Assembly (NCBI GenBank): GCA_963836755.1
Contig: CAWIKF010000002.1
Coordinates: 64,001-128,000, forward strand
From: an uncultured Verrucomicrobiae bacterium
Lineage (GTDB): Bacteria > Verrucomicrobiota > Verrucomicrobiia > Chthoniobacterales > Chthoniobacteraceae
Direction: 5' to 3'
DNA: 64,000 bases
Part shown: in pieces, positions 46,667-56,986 of the stretch
How the letters are laid out: every line of letters starts with the position of its first letter
How positions within the stretch are numbered: position 1 is the first letter of the stretch
Program-made: the position numbers and the translations under genes
The notes under the pieces: model-generated
What the model saw: the letters and a program-made list of their open reading frames with translations, nothing else
Database searches by the model: none
Told to the model about the DNA's origin: nothing

Positions 46667-46960
46667 CAGAGAAATTCCGCACTTTTTCAGAGAGATTCTG
46701 CATTGTTTCGGAGAGTCTCCGTGTCGTTCCAGAACGATTCTGCGTGCATGCAGAATGGTTTCGCACGCTTGCAGAATGGTTCCGCACGCCTGCAGAATGG
46801 TTCCGCGCGCCTGCAGAATGGTTCCGCGCGCCTGCGGAATGGTTCCGCGCGCCTGCAGAATGGTTCCGCGCGCCTGCAGAATGGTTCCGCGCGCCTGCGG
46901 AATGGTTCCGCACGCCTGCAGAATGGTTCCGCACGCTTGCAGAATGGTTCTGCGTCGCGG
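46667..46960. repeat. Tandem repeat, 14 x 21 bp, consensus CAGAATGGTTCCGCGCGCCTG
   Basis: Central units near-identical, flanking units degenerate; each unit begins with a 13-bp dyad. Confidence 0.95.
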
Positions 46961-47013
46961 CAGAAGCGGTCTGCCGACCTCCAGTTGTTTGCGAGGCGCT
47001 AAAAGGGCGCGCC

Positions 47014-47844
47014 TCAGCGCTTCGCAGTCCTTTGCGCGATTTTCTCGCGTCCTTTCTCGAGAATCTTCCGTTCCGCGCGGGTGAGGGAGTGAATGCCTTC
47101 GCGTGAGATTTTGTCGAGGATCGGGTCGATTTCCTGGTTGATGAACTGCGAGGGGGTCATGCGCGCCTGCCGGTCAGCGCGCTGGCGTTTTTCGAAGAGA
47201 TATTTCTGGAAGCGCATCGGGTTGCCGAAGCCGAGCTGCTTGATGTAAAGGAAGCCGAGCAGGCAGCCGCCGAGGTGGGCGAGGTGGCCGATGCCGGGCG
47301 CGAGCCGGCTGACGAGGAGGACGATGGTGGAGGCGACGAGGAGGAGCGCGAGGTATTTCGCCTTTAAGCGGAGCGGAATGACGAAGAAGAGAAGGGTGGT
47401 GATCTCGATCTCGGGCAGCAGGGTTGTGAAGGCGATCAGGACGGCGCAGACGCCGGCGGATGCGCCCATGAGCGGGCCGCTGGGCATGAGCACGGTTTGC
47501 GCGAGGCCGCCAAGGATGCCGCCGCCAAAGTAGATGCCGAGGAGGTGTCGGGGGCCGATGATGGTTTCGACTTCGCGGCCGGCAAAGTAGAGGGTGAGCA
47601 TGTTGACGAGCAGGTGGACGGGGCCGCCGTGCAGGAACATGTAGGTGATGAATTGCCACGCGTAGCCCTGGCGCATGCCGTAGCTGCTGAGCGCGAACCA
47701 TTCGTTGATGAAGTAGGGCCGGAATACGTTGGTGAGTTCCTGCGCGAGAAAAAAGGCGACGTTGGCGATGATGAGCCAGGAGACGACCGAGCGCCGGCCG
47801 GTAGTCCAGCGCATGGTGAAGGGTCTCAGATGCGAAGGTCGCAT
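47014..47844 (-). CDS. Rhomboid intramembrane serine protease
   Basis: WQFITYMFLH, HLLVNM, GASAG, AHLGG; C-terminal IDPILDKIS..GI.SLT..E extension. Confidence 0.92.
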   Translation of the reverse strand: MRPSHLRPFTMRWTTGRRSVVSWLIIANVAFFLAQELTNVFRPYFINEWFALSSYGMRQGYAWQFITYMFLHGGPVHLLVNMLTLYFAGREVETIIGPRHLLGIYFGGGILGGLAQTVLMPSGPLMGASAGVCAVLIAFTTLLPEIEITTLLFFVIPLRLKAKYLALLLVASTIVLLVSRLAPGIGHLAHLGGCLLGFLYIKQLGFGNPMRFQKYLFEKRQRADRQARMTPSQFINQEIDPILDKISREGIHSLTRAERKILEKGREKIAQRTAKR

Positions 47845-48015
47845 AGGGGGAATTATTCCACGCGCAAGCGCGATGTCGAATGGCATTTCGCCGCGTGCCG
47901 CAGTTTTCAGCACGGGTGGGTTGCAGCTTTGTGCGGGCGGGGAAAAACTTGGACAACTGCGATTTTCCTGCAAGGTTAGCCGTCCATTTCGCCAAGAAAA
48001 ACCAACTAACCAATC

Positions 48016-48360
48016 ATGCCAAACTTACTCGCGCTTTTCTCGCTCGCCGATACCGCCGCCGCGCCGGCCGCCAATTCGCCGTTCGGGATGTTCATCCCAT
48101 TCATCTGCATCGGCGTGATCTTTTATTTCCTGATCATCCGGCCGCAATCGCAAAAGACGAAGCAGATGCAGACGCTGATCAGTTCGCTGAAGACCGGCGA
48201 CAAAGTGATCACGGGCGGCGGCATCCATGGGCTGATCTCGAATGTGAAAGATTCCACGGTGATCGTGAAAATCGCGGACAACGTGAAGATCGAGGTGGAT
48301 AAATCGGCGATCAGCACGGTGACGAAGCCGTCCGCTTCCGAGCCAGTGGTCGTTTCGTAA
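48016..48360 (+). CDS. yajC: Preprotein translocase subunit YajC
   Basis: FYFLIIRPQ, LKTGDKVITGGGIHG. Confidence 0.95.
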   Translation: MPNLLALFSLADTAAAPAANSPFGMFIPFICIGVIFYFLIIRPQSQKTKQMQTLISSLKTGDKVITGGGIHGLISNVKDSTVIVKIADNVKIEVDKSAISTVTKPSASEPVVVS

Positions 48361-48378
48361 GTTTCACATCCCTTTTCC

Positions 48379-50691
48379 ATGAGCCCTGCCTGGACGTTCG
48401 CCGCCGGTTTGCTTTTGCTGATTCTTTTCGGCTGGTATTTCGCGACCGATCTCGGCCGCCGCAAGCGCATCCTCGGCACGGTGCTGACGATTTTCCTCGT
48501 CGCCTTCTGCCTCACTTCGGTGATGCCGCCGCGCGAGAAAATTCATCTCGGCCTCGACCTGCAGGGCGGCACGTCGTTCCTGCTGCAGCTCGTGCGCGAA
48601 AACGGCCAGCCTATTAATAAAGAGATGGTCGGGCAGGCCGTGGAGGTCATCCGCAAGCGCGTGGATCAATTCGGCGTCAGCGAGCCGGTGATCACACCCG
48701 AAGGCGAGGATCGCATCCTCGTGCAAATCCCGGGGCTCGATGCGGCGAAGACGGCGGAGGCGCGGACGACTTTGCAAAAGGTGGCGAAGCTCGAGCTGAA
48801 GCTGGTGAATCCGCAAAGCGAGGAGTTGATCCCGCAGATCGAGGCGGGGGCGAAATTCGAGCCGAACTACGAAATCAAAAGGTTCAAGGAGGACAAGAAC
48901 GGGCAGCCGGTCGTGGAAAAGTTGCTCGTGTCGAAGCGGCCTGCCGTGACCGGCGATCACGTCGCCGAGGCGCACGCTTATTATGACAACCGCGGCTACG
49001 GCATCTCCTTCACGCTCGACTCCGTCGGCGCCGAGGCGTTCGGCAAAGTGACCGCTGCGCACACGGGCGAGCGGTTGGCGGTCGTGCTCGACGGCGAAGT
49101 GCAAGGCGCGCCGAATATCCAGTCGCCGATCTACGGCGGCAACGCAGTCATCACCGGGCATTTCAGCGAACAGGAAGCGCGCAATCTCGCGAGCGTTTTG
49201 CAGAACCCGCTGCAAACGCCGGTGAAAATTCAGGAGGAGCGCAGCGCCTCTTCCACGCTCGGCTCGGACTCGATCAGGAGCGGCATTTACGCCGGCATCG
49301 GCGGGCTGGTGCTCGTGCTGCTCTTCGTCGCCGTTTATTACCAGTTCGCCGGCATCGTCGCGATTTTCGGATTGCTCGTGAATATCGTTTTGCTTTTCGG
49401 CGCGATGTCGATGTTTAACTTTGTGCTCACGCTGCCGGGCATCGCCGGCATCATTCTTACCATCGGCCTCGCCGTCGATGCGAACGTGCTGATCTACGAG
49501 CGACTGCGCGAGGAAATGGCCTCCGGCAAAAGCTTAGCCGCCGCCATCGACGCCGCTTACGACAAGGCTTTCAGCGTCATCTTTGACGCCAACGCCACGA
49601 CGCTCATCACCGCCGCTATCTTGTTCTGGATTGCGACCGGTCCCGTCAAAGGTTTCGCCGTCACGCTCGTCGTCGGCATCATCGCATCCGTATTTTCCGC
49701 GATGATCGTCACGCGCACGGTCTTCGCCTGGTTCATGGCGCAAGGCTGGATCAAGCGCATCTCGATGCTGCATTTGATCTCGGGCAAAAACTTTGACTTC
49801 CTCGGCAAACGTTTCCTCTGGGTTGGCATTTCGCTGACCGTGATCGTGATCTCGATCTCGAGTTTCGTCATGCGCGGCGAGCGCAATTTCGGTGTCGATT
49901 TCAAAGGTGGCGACCTGCTGATGCTCAGCTCAAAGAATCCCGTCAGCGAATCGGAAGTGCGCGCGAAAGTCGGTGAACTCAAGCTCGGCGAGACGGTCAT
50001 CCAAAAGCTGCATTCCGTGGACAAGGATTTCATCAGCGTGCGTAGCCCCACCGGGACGAGCGGCAAAATCGAGCAGCATCTCGAGCAAACAATGCCGCAG
50101 GCTGGGTTCACCGAGCAGCAGCGCGACACCGTCGGCAGCCTCGTCGGCGCCGAGCTGGCGCGCTCATCGCTGTATGCGCTGGGACTGGCGATCGTCGGGA
50201 TTTTGTTTTACGTGACGCTTCGCTTCGAATTTTCCTTCGCGCTCGGCGCCATCGTCGCGCTGATGCACGATGTCATCATCACGGTCGGCGTCTTTGCGAT
50301 TTTCGGCCGCGAGCTCTCGCTCATCATGGTCGGTGCGATTCTCACAATCGCCGGCTACTCCATCAACGATACGATCGTCGTCTACGACCGCATTCGTGAG
50401 GGCTTGCGAAGTGGACGGAAAGGTTCCATCCAACAAATCATGAATGCATCGATCAACGAAACGCTCTCCCGCACTTTGTTAACGAGCGGCTGCACTTTGT
50501 TGTCAGTCGCATCGCTTTTCTTTTTCGGCGGTCCGGTGCTGCATGACTTCGCGTTCGCGATTTTGATCGGCGTCGTCGTTGGCACCTACTCGTCCATTTT
50601 CATCGCCGCTCCGATCGTGCTATGGTGGAGCGGTAATAAAGGAGAAAAACTATCGGCGGAAGTGAAACGCGCACCCGCCGTGATTGCCTAA
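48379..50691 (+). CDS. secDF: Fused protein translocase subunit SecDF
   Basis: LGLDLQGG, LTIGLAVDANVLIYERLREE, GVDFKGG, GYSINDTIVVYDRIRE. Confidence 0.96.
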   Translation: MSPAWTFAAGLLLLILFGWYFATDLGRRKRILGTVLTIFLVAFCLTSVMPPREKIHLGLDLQGGTSFLLQLVRENGQPINKEMVGQAVEVIRKRVDQFGVSEPVITPEGEDRILVQIPGLDAAKTAEARTTLQKVAKLELKLVNPQSEELIPQIEAGAKFEPNYEIKRFKEDKNGQPVVEKLLVSKRPAVTGDHVAEAHAYYDNRGYGISFTLDSVGAEAFGKVTAAHTGERLAVVLDGEVQGAPNIQSPIYGGNAVITGHFSEQEARNLASVLQNPLQTPVKIQEERSASSTLGSDSIRSGIYAGIGGLVLVLLFVAVYYQFAGIVAIFGLLVNIVLLFGAMSMFNFVLTLPGIAGIILTIGLAVDANVLIYERLREEMASGKSLAAAIDAAYDKAFSVIFDANATTLITAAILFWIATGPVKGFAVTLVVGIIASVFSAMIVTRTVFAWFMAQGWIKRISMLHLISGKNFDFLGKRFLWVGISLTVIVISISSFVMRGERNFGVDFKGGDLLMLSSKNPVSESEVRAKVGELKLGETVIQKLHSVDKDFISVRSPTGTSGKIEQHLEQTMPQAGFTEQQRDTVGSLVGAELARSSLYALGLAIVGILFYVTLRFEFSFALGAIVALMHDVIITVGVFAIFGRELSLIMVGAILTIAGYSINDTIVVYDRIREGLRSGRKGSIQQIMNASINETLSRTLLTSGCTLLSVASLFFFGGPVLHDFAFAILIGVVVGTYSSIFIAAPIVLWWSGNKGEKLSAEVKRAPAVIA

Positions 50692-50717
50692 AAAGCGCGA
50701 AAAAAAGGGGGGAAATC

Positions 50718-51464
50718 ATGAACAGGGACCACTCGCTAGCCGATCATCTTTGGCAAGGCCTTACGCCGGAGGCGCAATCGCGGCTCAGCCAGCGCGATTA
50801 CAGCGCTCCATCACTCGCCGAACAGCTCGCATCCACCGGCGTCGAAGCTGGTGAACTCATCCACGCTGACCGCTCGAAGTCGCCGTGGATTCCGGGCGTC
50901 GAGATTTTTGCGCGTAAAGTTTACCCACAACGTCATCGCGGTTTTTTCGGGGAGTTCGCGCGGCTCGATGAAGGCCCACTCGCGAAGATCGGGCTCCGGC
51001 CGCGGCAATGGGCAACGGCGACCATGTTTGCCAACACGGCGAAAGGCTTTCACATCCATCCGCCCAGCATCCCGGATGGCGAGGAACCGGAAAAATGGTT
51101 TCAACGCTTGTATATTGATGAGTTAACGAATTGCAAGTTGCGGCCTTACGACCGCGAGCAATGGGATGCGATGTTTTTCGTGCAAGGCACCGCCGAGATG
51201 ATCCTCGTGGACGAGCGCGCTGGACTGGAGCGGCGCGTCATGCGTTTCATCGCGGAAGGCGACGACCGCCGCGGGCCGAACAATGTCGGCGTCATTATTC
51301 CCGCCGGCGTCGCGCACGCATTGCGCGTGGAAGGCTCGCGCGATTTAATCATGGTTTACGGCACGAGCACCGTGTTTGACGCCGCCTTTGAAGGCCGCAT
51401 CGCGAGCAGCGTGGAATGTGCGCCACTGCCGCCGGAATGGGAGCGTCACCTCCGCGCGGATTAG
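50718..51464 (+). CDS. RmlC-like cupin (dTDP-4-dehydrorhamnose 3,5-epimerase family)
   Basis: IPGVEI...RGFFGE, KGFHIH, IIPAGVAHAL; abuts rmlA. Confidence 0.68.
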   Translation: MNRDHSLADHLWQGLTPEAQSRLSQRDYSAPSLAEQLASTGVEAGELIHADRSKSPWIPGVEIFARKVYPQRHRGFFGEFARLDEGPLAKIGLRPRQWATATMFANTAKGFHIHPPSIPDGEEPEKWFQRLYIDELTNCKLRPYDREQWDAMFFVQGTAEMILVDERAGLERRVMRFIAEGDDRRGPNNVGVIIPAGVAHALRVEGSRDLIMVYGTSTVFDAAFEGRIASSVECAPLPPEWERHLRAD

Positions 51465-52337
51465 TCAGTTGCCTTCGTCCAGCACGGCCTGGAGATAAGT
51501 GCGGTATTCGTTTCTCGGCAGCGCCGCGATCCGTCTCGAAAGCCCATCCCCGTCGATGAAATGCTGCGCGAACGCGATCTCCTCGAGGCATGCGACCTTC
51601 AATCCCTGCCGATGCTCGAGCGTCGCAAAATAGTTGCTCGCTTCCAAAAGACTGTCGTGCGTGCCGGTGTCGAGCCACGCCATTCCGCGACCGAGCATTC
51701 GCACCTGCAAATCTCCGCGGCGCAGATATTCGAGGTTCACATCCGTGATCTCCAGCTCGCCGCGCGGGGAGGGCTGAAGGTTGCGGCAAATTTCCACCAC
51801 GGTGTTGTCGTAAACGTAAAGTCCGGGCACCGCGAACGAGCTTTTCGGATGGGCCGGTTTCTCCTCAAGGCTGACGGCGCGGCCTTCCGCGTCAAATTCC
51901 ACCACGCCGTATCGCTCCGGGTCGCGCACTTTGTAGCCGAAAATGCACGCGCCTTTTTCAAGCGCGAGCGCCTCGCGGAAAAAGTCGAGGTTCCCGTAAA
52001 AAATATTGTCGCCGAGGATCAGCGTCACGCCGCTCTCGCCGATGAAATCCGCGCCGATCAAAAACGCCTGCGCGATGCCCGCCGGCTTCGGCTGCTCCGC
52101 GTATTCAATGCGCATGCCGAGCTGCCGGCCGTCGCCGAAAAGTTCGCGAAAAACCGGCAGATCCTTTGGCGTCGAGATGATCATCACCTCGCGAATGCCG
52201 CCGAGCATCAGCGTCGCCATCGGGTAATAAATCATCGGCTTGTCGTAAATCGGCAGCAGTTGTTTACACACGATTTGCGTGAGCGGATAAAGCCGTGTGC
52301 CCGCGCCGCCAGCGAGAATGATCGCCCTCGTGCTCAT
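51465..52337 (-). CDS. rfbA: Glucose-1-phosphate thymidylyltransferase
   Basis: [52 protein letters not shown]. Confidence 0.96.
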   Translation of the reverse strand: MSTRAIILAGGAGTRLYPLTQIVCKQLLPIYDKPMIYYPMATLMLGGIREVMIISTPKDLPVFRELFGDGRQLGMRIEYAEQPKPAGIAQAFLIGADFIGESGVTLILGDNIFYGNLDFFREALALEKGACIFGYKVRDPERYGVVEFDAEGRAVSLEEKPAHPKSSFAVPGLYVYDNTVVEICRNLQPSPRGELEITDVNLEYLRRGDLQVRMLGRGMAWLDTGTHDSLLEASNYFATLEHRQGLKVACLEEIAFAQHFIDGDGLSRRIAALPRNEYRTYLQAVLDEGN

Positions 52338-52430
52338 GGGCGATTTCCGCTGCGCGTTGGACTTGGACGCGGTGGTGCGGTTAAATTTCCGACGAAGGCG
52401 CTGCGCGTTTTATCCATGCGCCGCATTATT

Positions 52431-52895
52431 ATGAACGAAACTCCCGCTATCCAGACCGAAGTGCAGGTGATGTTTTTCGACACCGACTGTGCCGCGGTGG
52501 TGCACAACATCGCCTACCTTCGCTTCATCGAAATCGCGCGCACACTCCTCGCGGAGCAGCTTGGCATGGGGCTTCGCGAGATGGCGGCCAGCCAGCAATA
52601 TCCGGTCGTCGTCCGCACGGAGATTGACTACAAGCGGCCCGCGCAGCTCGGCGACCGGCTCGTCATCGATGGCCGGCTCGAAAATGTGGAGCGCATGCGT
52701 TTCTGGTGCGCATTCGATGTGCGGCGGCCCGCGGACGACACACTTATCGCGAAATCGCGCCAGATGCTCGCGCTGATCCAGATGCCGCAGGGGCGTCCGC
52801 TGCGGCTGCCGGCGGATTGGGCGACGCGCTTTGCGCATCTGCGCCCGCTGCCGATCGGCGGGAGCCGCCAAACGCCGAATCCAGCAGTTGCTTAA
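52431..52895 (+). CDS. Acyl-CoA thioesterase (YbgC/4HBT family)
   Basis: FFDTDCAAVVHNIAYLRFIEIAR, IDYKRPA. Confidence 0.88.
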   Translation: MNETPAIQTEVQVMFFDTDCAAVVHNIAYLRFIEIARTLLAEQLGMGLREMAASQQYPVVVRTEIDYKRPAQLGDRLVIDGRLENVERMRFWCAFDVRRPADDTLIAKSRQMLALIQMPQGRPLRLPADWATRFAHLRPLPIGGSRQTPNPAVA

Positions 52896-53613
52896 AAACC
52901 TGCGGACGCAGCTTCATCACGTCATTTTCGCCGGCAGGCGGCAGCCATGTTTCCGGCGGCAGCGTCGGCGCGAAAAGCACTTTTTCAAAAGCAAAAACAC
53001 CATGCCAGTGCGGCTGCGTGAGATCGAGTTTCGCCGGCTTGTAATCCGCGCGCACCCAGAGCCGCGCGCTCCACGCCTCGGCCTTGAGCGCATGAGCCAG
53101 CTCTGGCATCAGCCGCACATCGAGCACGCGGCAGTTTTCGCCACCGATCATTTGCTCGCCCGCATCCTCCACATGAAAAAGCACCGGTAAAAAAACGAGC
53201 TGCTGCTCGGGAATCGGCAGCGCCCAATCGGTCAGCCGATATTTTTTCGGCGGCTCAGGCAAGTCCGCCTGCGCGATCAGCGCCTCGATTTTTGCGCCCG
53301 GCATCGCCCACAGATTCTGCCCCTCGCGGCCGATGGTGACTGCTTCTCCGAGCAACGGCGCGCGCAGCCGCAGCTTGTCGGGATATTCCAAATCGACGCT
53401 CGCACTGGTGCCGACGAGAGCCGGCGAAAGCTTCGTTGCTTCGATCACGCGGAGCTGCATCGAAAGCGCGCGATTCGGATCGTGGGAATTTTTTGCTACC
53501 AAATTCACGAAAGGCGCCAGCGTTTTTCCCAACACATCGTAAGGATTTTCCAGGGCTCGCGCGAGCGGCGTGCTGAAGACAAAAGTCGCGAATACGCGAA
53601 GGTAGAAATTCAT
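52744..53613 (-). CDS. Hypothetical secreted protein, possibly LolA-like fold
   Basis: Signal peptide, YPDKLRL, RLWV...YKP.K; 3' end overlaps the thioesterase. Confidence 0.55.
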   Translation of the reverse strand: MNFYLRVFATFVFSTPLARALENPYDVLGKTLAPFVNLVAKNSHDPNRALSMQLRVIEATKLSPALVGTSASVDLEYPDKLRLRAPLLGEAVTIGREGQNLWAMPGAKIEALIAQADLPEPPKKYRLTDWALPIPEQQLVFLPVLFHVEDAGEQMIGGENCRVLDVRLMPELAHALKAEAWSARLWVRADYKPAKLDLTQPHWHGVFAFEKVLFAPTLPPETWLPPAGENDVMKLRPQVFKQLLDSAFGGSRRSAAGADAQSASPNPPAAAADAPAASGSARASGAISR

Positions 53614-53663
53614 AGTGCAAAGTTGCGTTTGCCGTCCGCGGCACTATTAACTTACGCATCTGC

Positions 53664-54434
53664 ATGGAATTTTTCCCAACGCAATTTCTCGCGGAGGGCG
53701 GCGGCCTCATCTTCGCACTCCAGCATTCCACGGTGCCCGGAAAGCTTGTCCTTCTCACGCTTTTCACCGGCTCGATTTTTTCCTGGTCGGTCATGCTGAC
53801 GAAGCTGCGCGTGATTCATTTTGCAAAAAAACAGGCGCGGATTTTTCTGGAACGTTTCCGCGCGGACCGGCAGCCGCTGCGGCTTTACGAGCACCAGGCG
53901 CATTTTGAGGGGACGCCGATTTATCACGTGTATCGCGAGGGCTGCCGAGAGCTGACATTTCATTTGCTCGGCTCGCCGGAGGTGGATGAAACTTTCCGCG
54001 CGCGGCTCGACAGCGCGGTGCGCATCTTGCCCGCGCAAATGCGCGGCGTGCAATCTGCGATGGAACGCGCTGTCGGCGAAAGCTCGCTGCGCCTGGAATC
54101 GCGGATGATTCTGCTCGCGACGGCCGTGAGCGGCGCGCCATTTCTCGGGCTGCTCGGCACCGTTTGGGGCGTGATGGACACGTTCAGCGGAGTCGCCGCT
54201 GCGGGCTCCGCCAATCTCGCGGCGATGGCGCCGGGCGTCTCCGCAGCTCTTATAACAACTGTAACCGGACTGCTGGTCGCGATTCCCGCAATGTTTGGCT
54301 ACAATTTTCTCGTGACGAGCATCCGCGGGATGATCCTGGAGATGGATAATTTCGCGGCCGAGCTCAGCAGTGAATTTGAGCATCGCTACGTCGATCACGG
54401 CGGCCCGGGCGAAAAGCAGCGGAGGCTGGTTTGA
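53664..54434 (+). CDS. tolQ: TolQ/ExbB proton channel
   Basis: APFLGLLGTVWGVM, AL.TT..GL.VAIPA. Confidence 0.9.
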   Translation: MEFFPTQFLAEGGGLIFALQHSTVPGKLVLLTLFTGSIFSWSVMLTKLRVIHFAKKQARIFLERFRADRQPLRLYEHQAHFEGTPIYHVYREGCRELTFHLLGSPEVDETFRARLDSAVRILPAQMRGVQSAMERAVGESSLRLESRMILLATAVSGAPFLGLLGTVWGVMDTFSGVAAAGSANLAAMAPGVSAALITTVTGLLVAIPAMFGYNFLVTSIRGMILEMDNFAAELSSEFEHRYVDHGGPGEKQRRLV

Positions 54435-54850
54435 TGCGCCGCTTTTCGCAAAAGCACGGATTTTCGACGCTCTCGGAAATCAACGTGACGCCGCTGCTCG
54501 ATCTCGCATTCGTGTTGCTGATCATCTTCATCATCACCACGCCACTGATGGATAAAAGCATGGATCTGGTGGTGCCATCGAGCGCCGCGGCGAAGAACGC
54601 GGTCGATCTTTCCGCGGTGGAATCGATCTCGATCGATCGCAACTCCGTTATCAAGTTGGATAACAATGTCGTCGCGCTCGACGAACTGGGATCGCAGCTC
54701 ACGATTTTAAAAAATCAAAAACCGGAAATCGCGGTCGTGATTCGCTCCGACAAGGAATTGCCGGTGCAAAAATTGATCGACGTGATGGACGCGGTGAAGC
54801 AGGCGCAGATCACGAAAGTGGGCGTCGTCACCAGCCCGGAGAAGGAGTAA
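54431..54850 (+). CDS. tolR: TolR/ExbD
   Basis: EINVTPLLDLAFVLLIIF. Confidence 0.9.
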   Translation: MMRRFSQKHGFSTLSEINVTPLLDLAFVLLIIFIITTPLMDKSMDLVVPSSAAAKNAVDLSAVESISIDRNSVIKLDNNVVALDELGSQLTILKNQKPEIAVVIRSDKELPVQKLIDVMDAVKQAQITKVGVVTSPEKE

Positions 54851-54858
54851 CCACGGGC

Positions 54859-55818
54859 GTGAGCGATTGGCGCGACCAGCCGCCGGACGCTTCCCGCGAC
54901 GGCAACGAGACAAAGTTCCAGCGCAACTTGCTCCTCATCGCTGCGGCGCATCTTGTGTTGATTGCGACTCTCTGGATTCTCACGCGCGGCTCATCGGCGC
55001 AACCGCACGAGGACGTGACGTGGCTCGATGGCGGAGCACTCGCCGCAGCTCAGGAAAATCCCGCCGAAGAACAGGAGACGCCGATGCCGGAGCCTGAGGA
55101 AAAAGAAGTGCCGACTCCCGCGCCCGAGCCGGAAAAAGAAGAACCCAAACAAACCGCACCGAGCGAAATTGCACTGCCCAGCGCGACCCCGAAGCCGGAG
55201 GAAACGCCGACGCCGAAGCCAACCGAAACTCCGAAACCGACTCCTCGCGAAACCCCGAAGCCGACGCCAAAACCGACGCCGAAAGCGAAGCCAAAACCGT
55301 CTGCGAAGCCGAAGCCTAGTGCTGCGCACAAAAAAGAAACGCCAGCGAAATCAAAATCTTCCCGTTCGCCGAAGCCTTCGAAAAACGACGACGAATCGGA
55401 AAAAAAGAAGGGCGATTTTTTAAACGCAAAAAATGGCGCCGATGAAAAATCTGGCACTGCGGTTGGAACCGGAGGCGGCAATCGCGGCGGCACGGGACAC
55501 ACCGGCGGCGGCAATCACGAGTCCGATTACGGCTGGTATTTCGCGATGATTCACGATCGGTTTTATGCGCGCTGGGAGCAGCCGACCTCGATCATGTCGT
55601 CGAGCCAGCGGTTCGTGAGCACGGTGAAAATCCGCATCACGAAAAGTGGAAAAATTTCCGACGTGAGCCTCGCCAACCCTTCGGGCAACATGGTAATGGA
55701 TGAATCTGTCATGGCCGCGGCGCGGCGCGTGTTGCAGATCGATCCGCTGCCCGCGGGGCTGGGCGGCGATTTTTACGAAGTCAAAATCAACTTTGAATTA
55801 AGCCAGCAAAATCAGTGA
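54859..55818 (+). CDS. tolA: TolA/TonB-like energy transducer
   Basis: N-terminal TM with His, Pro/Glu/Lys-rich linker, TonB_2-like C-terminus (SGN..MDES). Confidence 0.8.
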   Translation: MSDWRDQPPDASRDGNETKFQRNLLLIAAAHLVLIATLWILTRGSSAQPHEDVTWLDGGALAAAQENPAEEQETPMPEPEEKEVPTPAPEPEKEEPKQTAPSEIALPSATPKPEETPTPKPTETPKPTPRETPKPTPKPTPKAKPKPSAKPKPSAAHKKETPAKSKSSRSPKPSKNDDESEKKKGDFLNAKNGADEKSGTAVGTGGGNRGGTGHTGGGNHESDYGWYFAMIHDRFYARWEQPTSIMSSSQRFVSTVKIRITKSGKISDVSLANPSGNMVMDESVMAAARRVLQIDPLPAGLGGDFYEVKINFELSQQNQ

Positions 55819-56963
55819 AAACAATCTTTGTCACAGTGTTTACTTTCATCGCGTTCTTCGGCGGCAGCCTACTTGCCGCGGAGCCGCCGACGATCACCAT
55901 CAACAAAAGCGATACGGTTGCCATCGCGGTCTCTCCGATCACCGGAGCGGACGGCGCGGCGATTACGAAAATCGTGCAAAACGACCTCGCGATTTCGGGC
56001 TATTTCAGCGTGACGGGCGGTGGCGGCGCGGCGCTGGTGGTGAGCGGCGCATCGGGCGGCTCGGGTTTGCAGGGAAAGGTGACCGATCACGCCGGGAAGG
56101 TCGCGCTTTCGAGCGTCTACAACGGCAGCATGCGCACGCGGGCGCATGAATTTGCCAATGACATCATCCGCACGCTGACCGGCAATCCGGGCATGGCCGG
56201 GACGAAGATCGCATTCGTCGCGACGAAGACGGGGCGCAAGGAAATTTACACGGCGGATTATGACGGCTCGAATGTCCAGCAACTCACTCGCGATAACAGC
56301 ATCAGCGTCGGCCCGGCGCTGAGTCCGGACGGCCGCAAGCTCGCCTACACCGGCTATAAAATGGGCTACGCGGACATTTATCTCATCGATCTCGCCAGCG
56401 GATCGCGCGAGCGCATTGTGAAATTTCCCGGCACAAATTCCGGCCCCGCATTTTCGCCCGAGGGGAACAAAATCGCGTGCAGCATCAGCAAGGATGGGAA
56501 TCCCGAGCTTTACGTTTGCGGCGCGGGCGGCGGCGGCGCGCATCGGCTCACACACACGCCGGGCGTCGAGTCGTCGCCGACCTGGTCGCCCGACGGCGGC
56601 GAGATTATTTATTCCTACGACGATCACGGGCCGCAGCTTTATCGCATTTCTTCCGGCGGCGGCGGCGGGCGCTCGATTGCGACCGGCTACGGCTATTGCA
56701 CGGAACCGAACTGGTCGCCGGATGGGAAAAAAATCGTGTTTAACATCCGTCAAGGCGGCAGCTTTCAGGTCGCGCTCCTCGATCTCGGCGGCGGCCAAAC
56801 GCGTGTGCTCGCTAGCGGCGAACGGCCCGCGTGGGGCCCGGATTCGCGGCACGTCATCTACGCGAGCGGCGGCGCGCTTTTTCTCCTCGACACACAAACC
56901 GGCCGCAAAGTTAAAGTCCTCGACGGGCTCGGAAAAATCTCCGAGCCGGCGTGGTCGCACTGA
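55815..56963 (+). CDS. tolB: TolB beta-propeller protein
   Basis: AHEFANDI, TKIAF, PD40 repeats (P.WSPDG). Confidence 0.9.
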   Translation: MKTIFVTVFTFIAFFGGSLLAAEPPTITINKSDTVAIAVSPITGADGAAITKIVQNDLAISGYFSVTGGGGAALVVSGASGGSGLQGKVTDHAGKVALSSVYNGSMRTRAHEFANDIIRTLTGNPGMAGTKIAFVATKTGRKEIYTADYDGSNVQQLTRDNSISVGPALSPDGRKLAYTGYKMGYADIYLIDLASGSRERIVKFPGTNSGPAFSPEGNKIACSISKDGNPELYVCGAGGGGAHRLTHTPGVESSPTWSPDGGEIIYSYDDHGPQLYRISSGGGGGRSIATGYGYCTEPNWSPDGKKIVFNIRQGGSFQVALLDLGGGQTRVLASGERPAWGPDSRHVIYASGGALFLLDTQTGRKVKVLDGLGKISEPAWSH

Positions 56964-56986
56964 CCTGCTGCAATTTTTAAAAAAAA

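Noticed and set aside
46667..46960. CRISPR array
   Set aside because: Units are contiguous 21-mers with no unique spacers, and there are no cas genes in the window.
48379..50691. SecD-SecF fusion as a novelty
   Set aside because: Fused SecDF is common in many bacterial phyla.
51561..52430. Long N-terminal extension of the thioesterase (444-aa ORF)
   Set aside because: Antisense shadow of rfbA; the thioesterase motif starts near 52431.
55060..55330. Short repeats in tolA
   Set aside because: Ordinary Pro/Lys/Glu-rich periplasmic linker.
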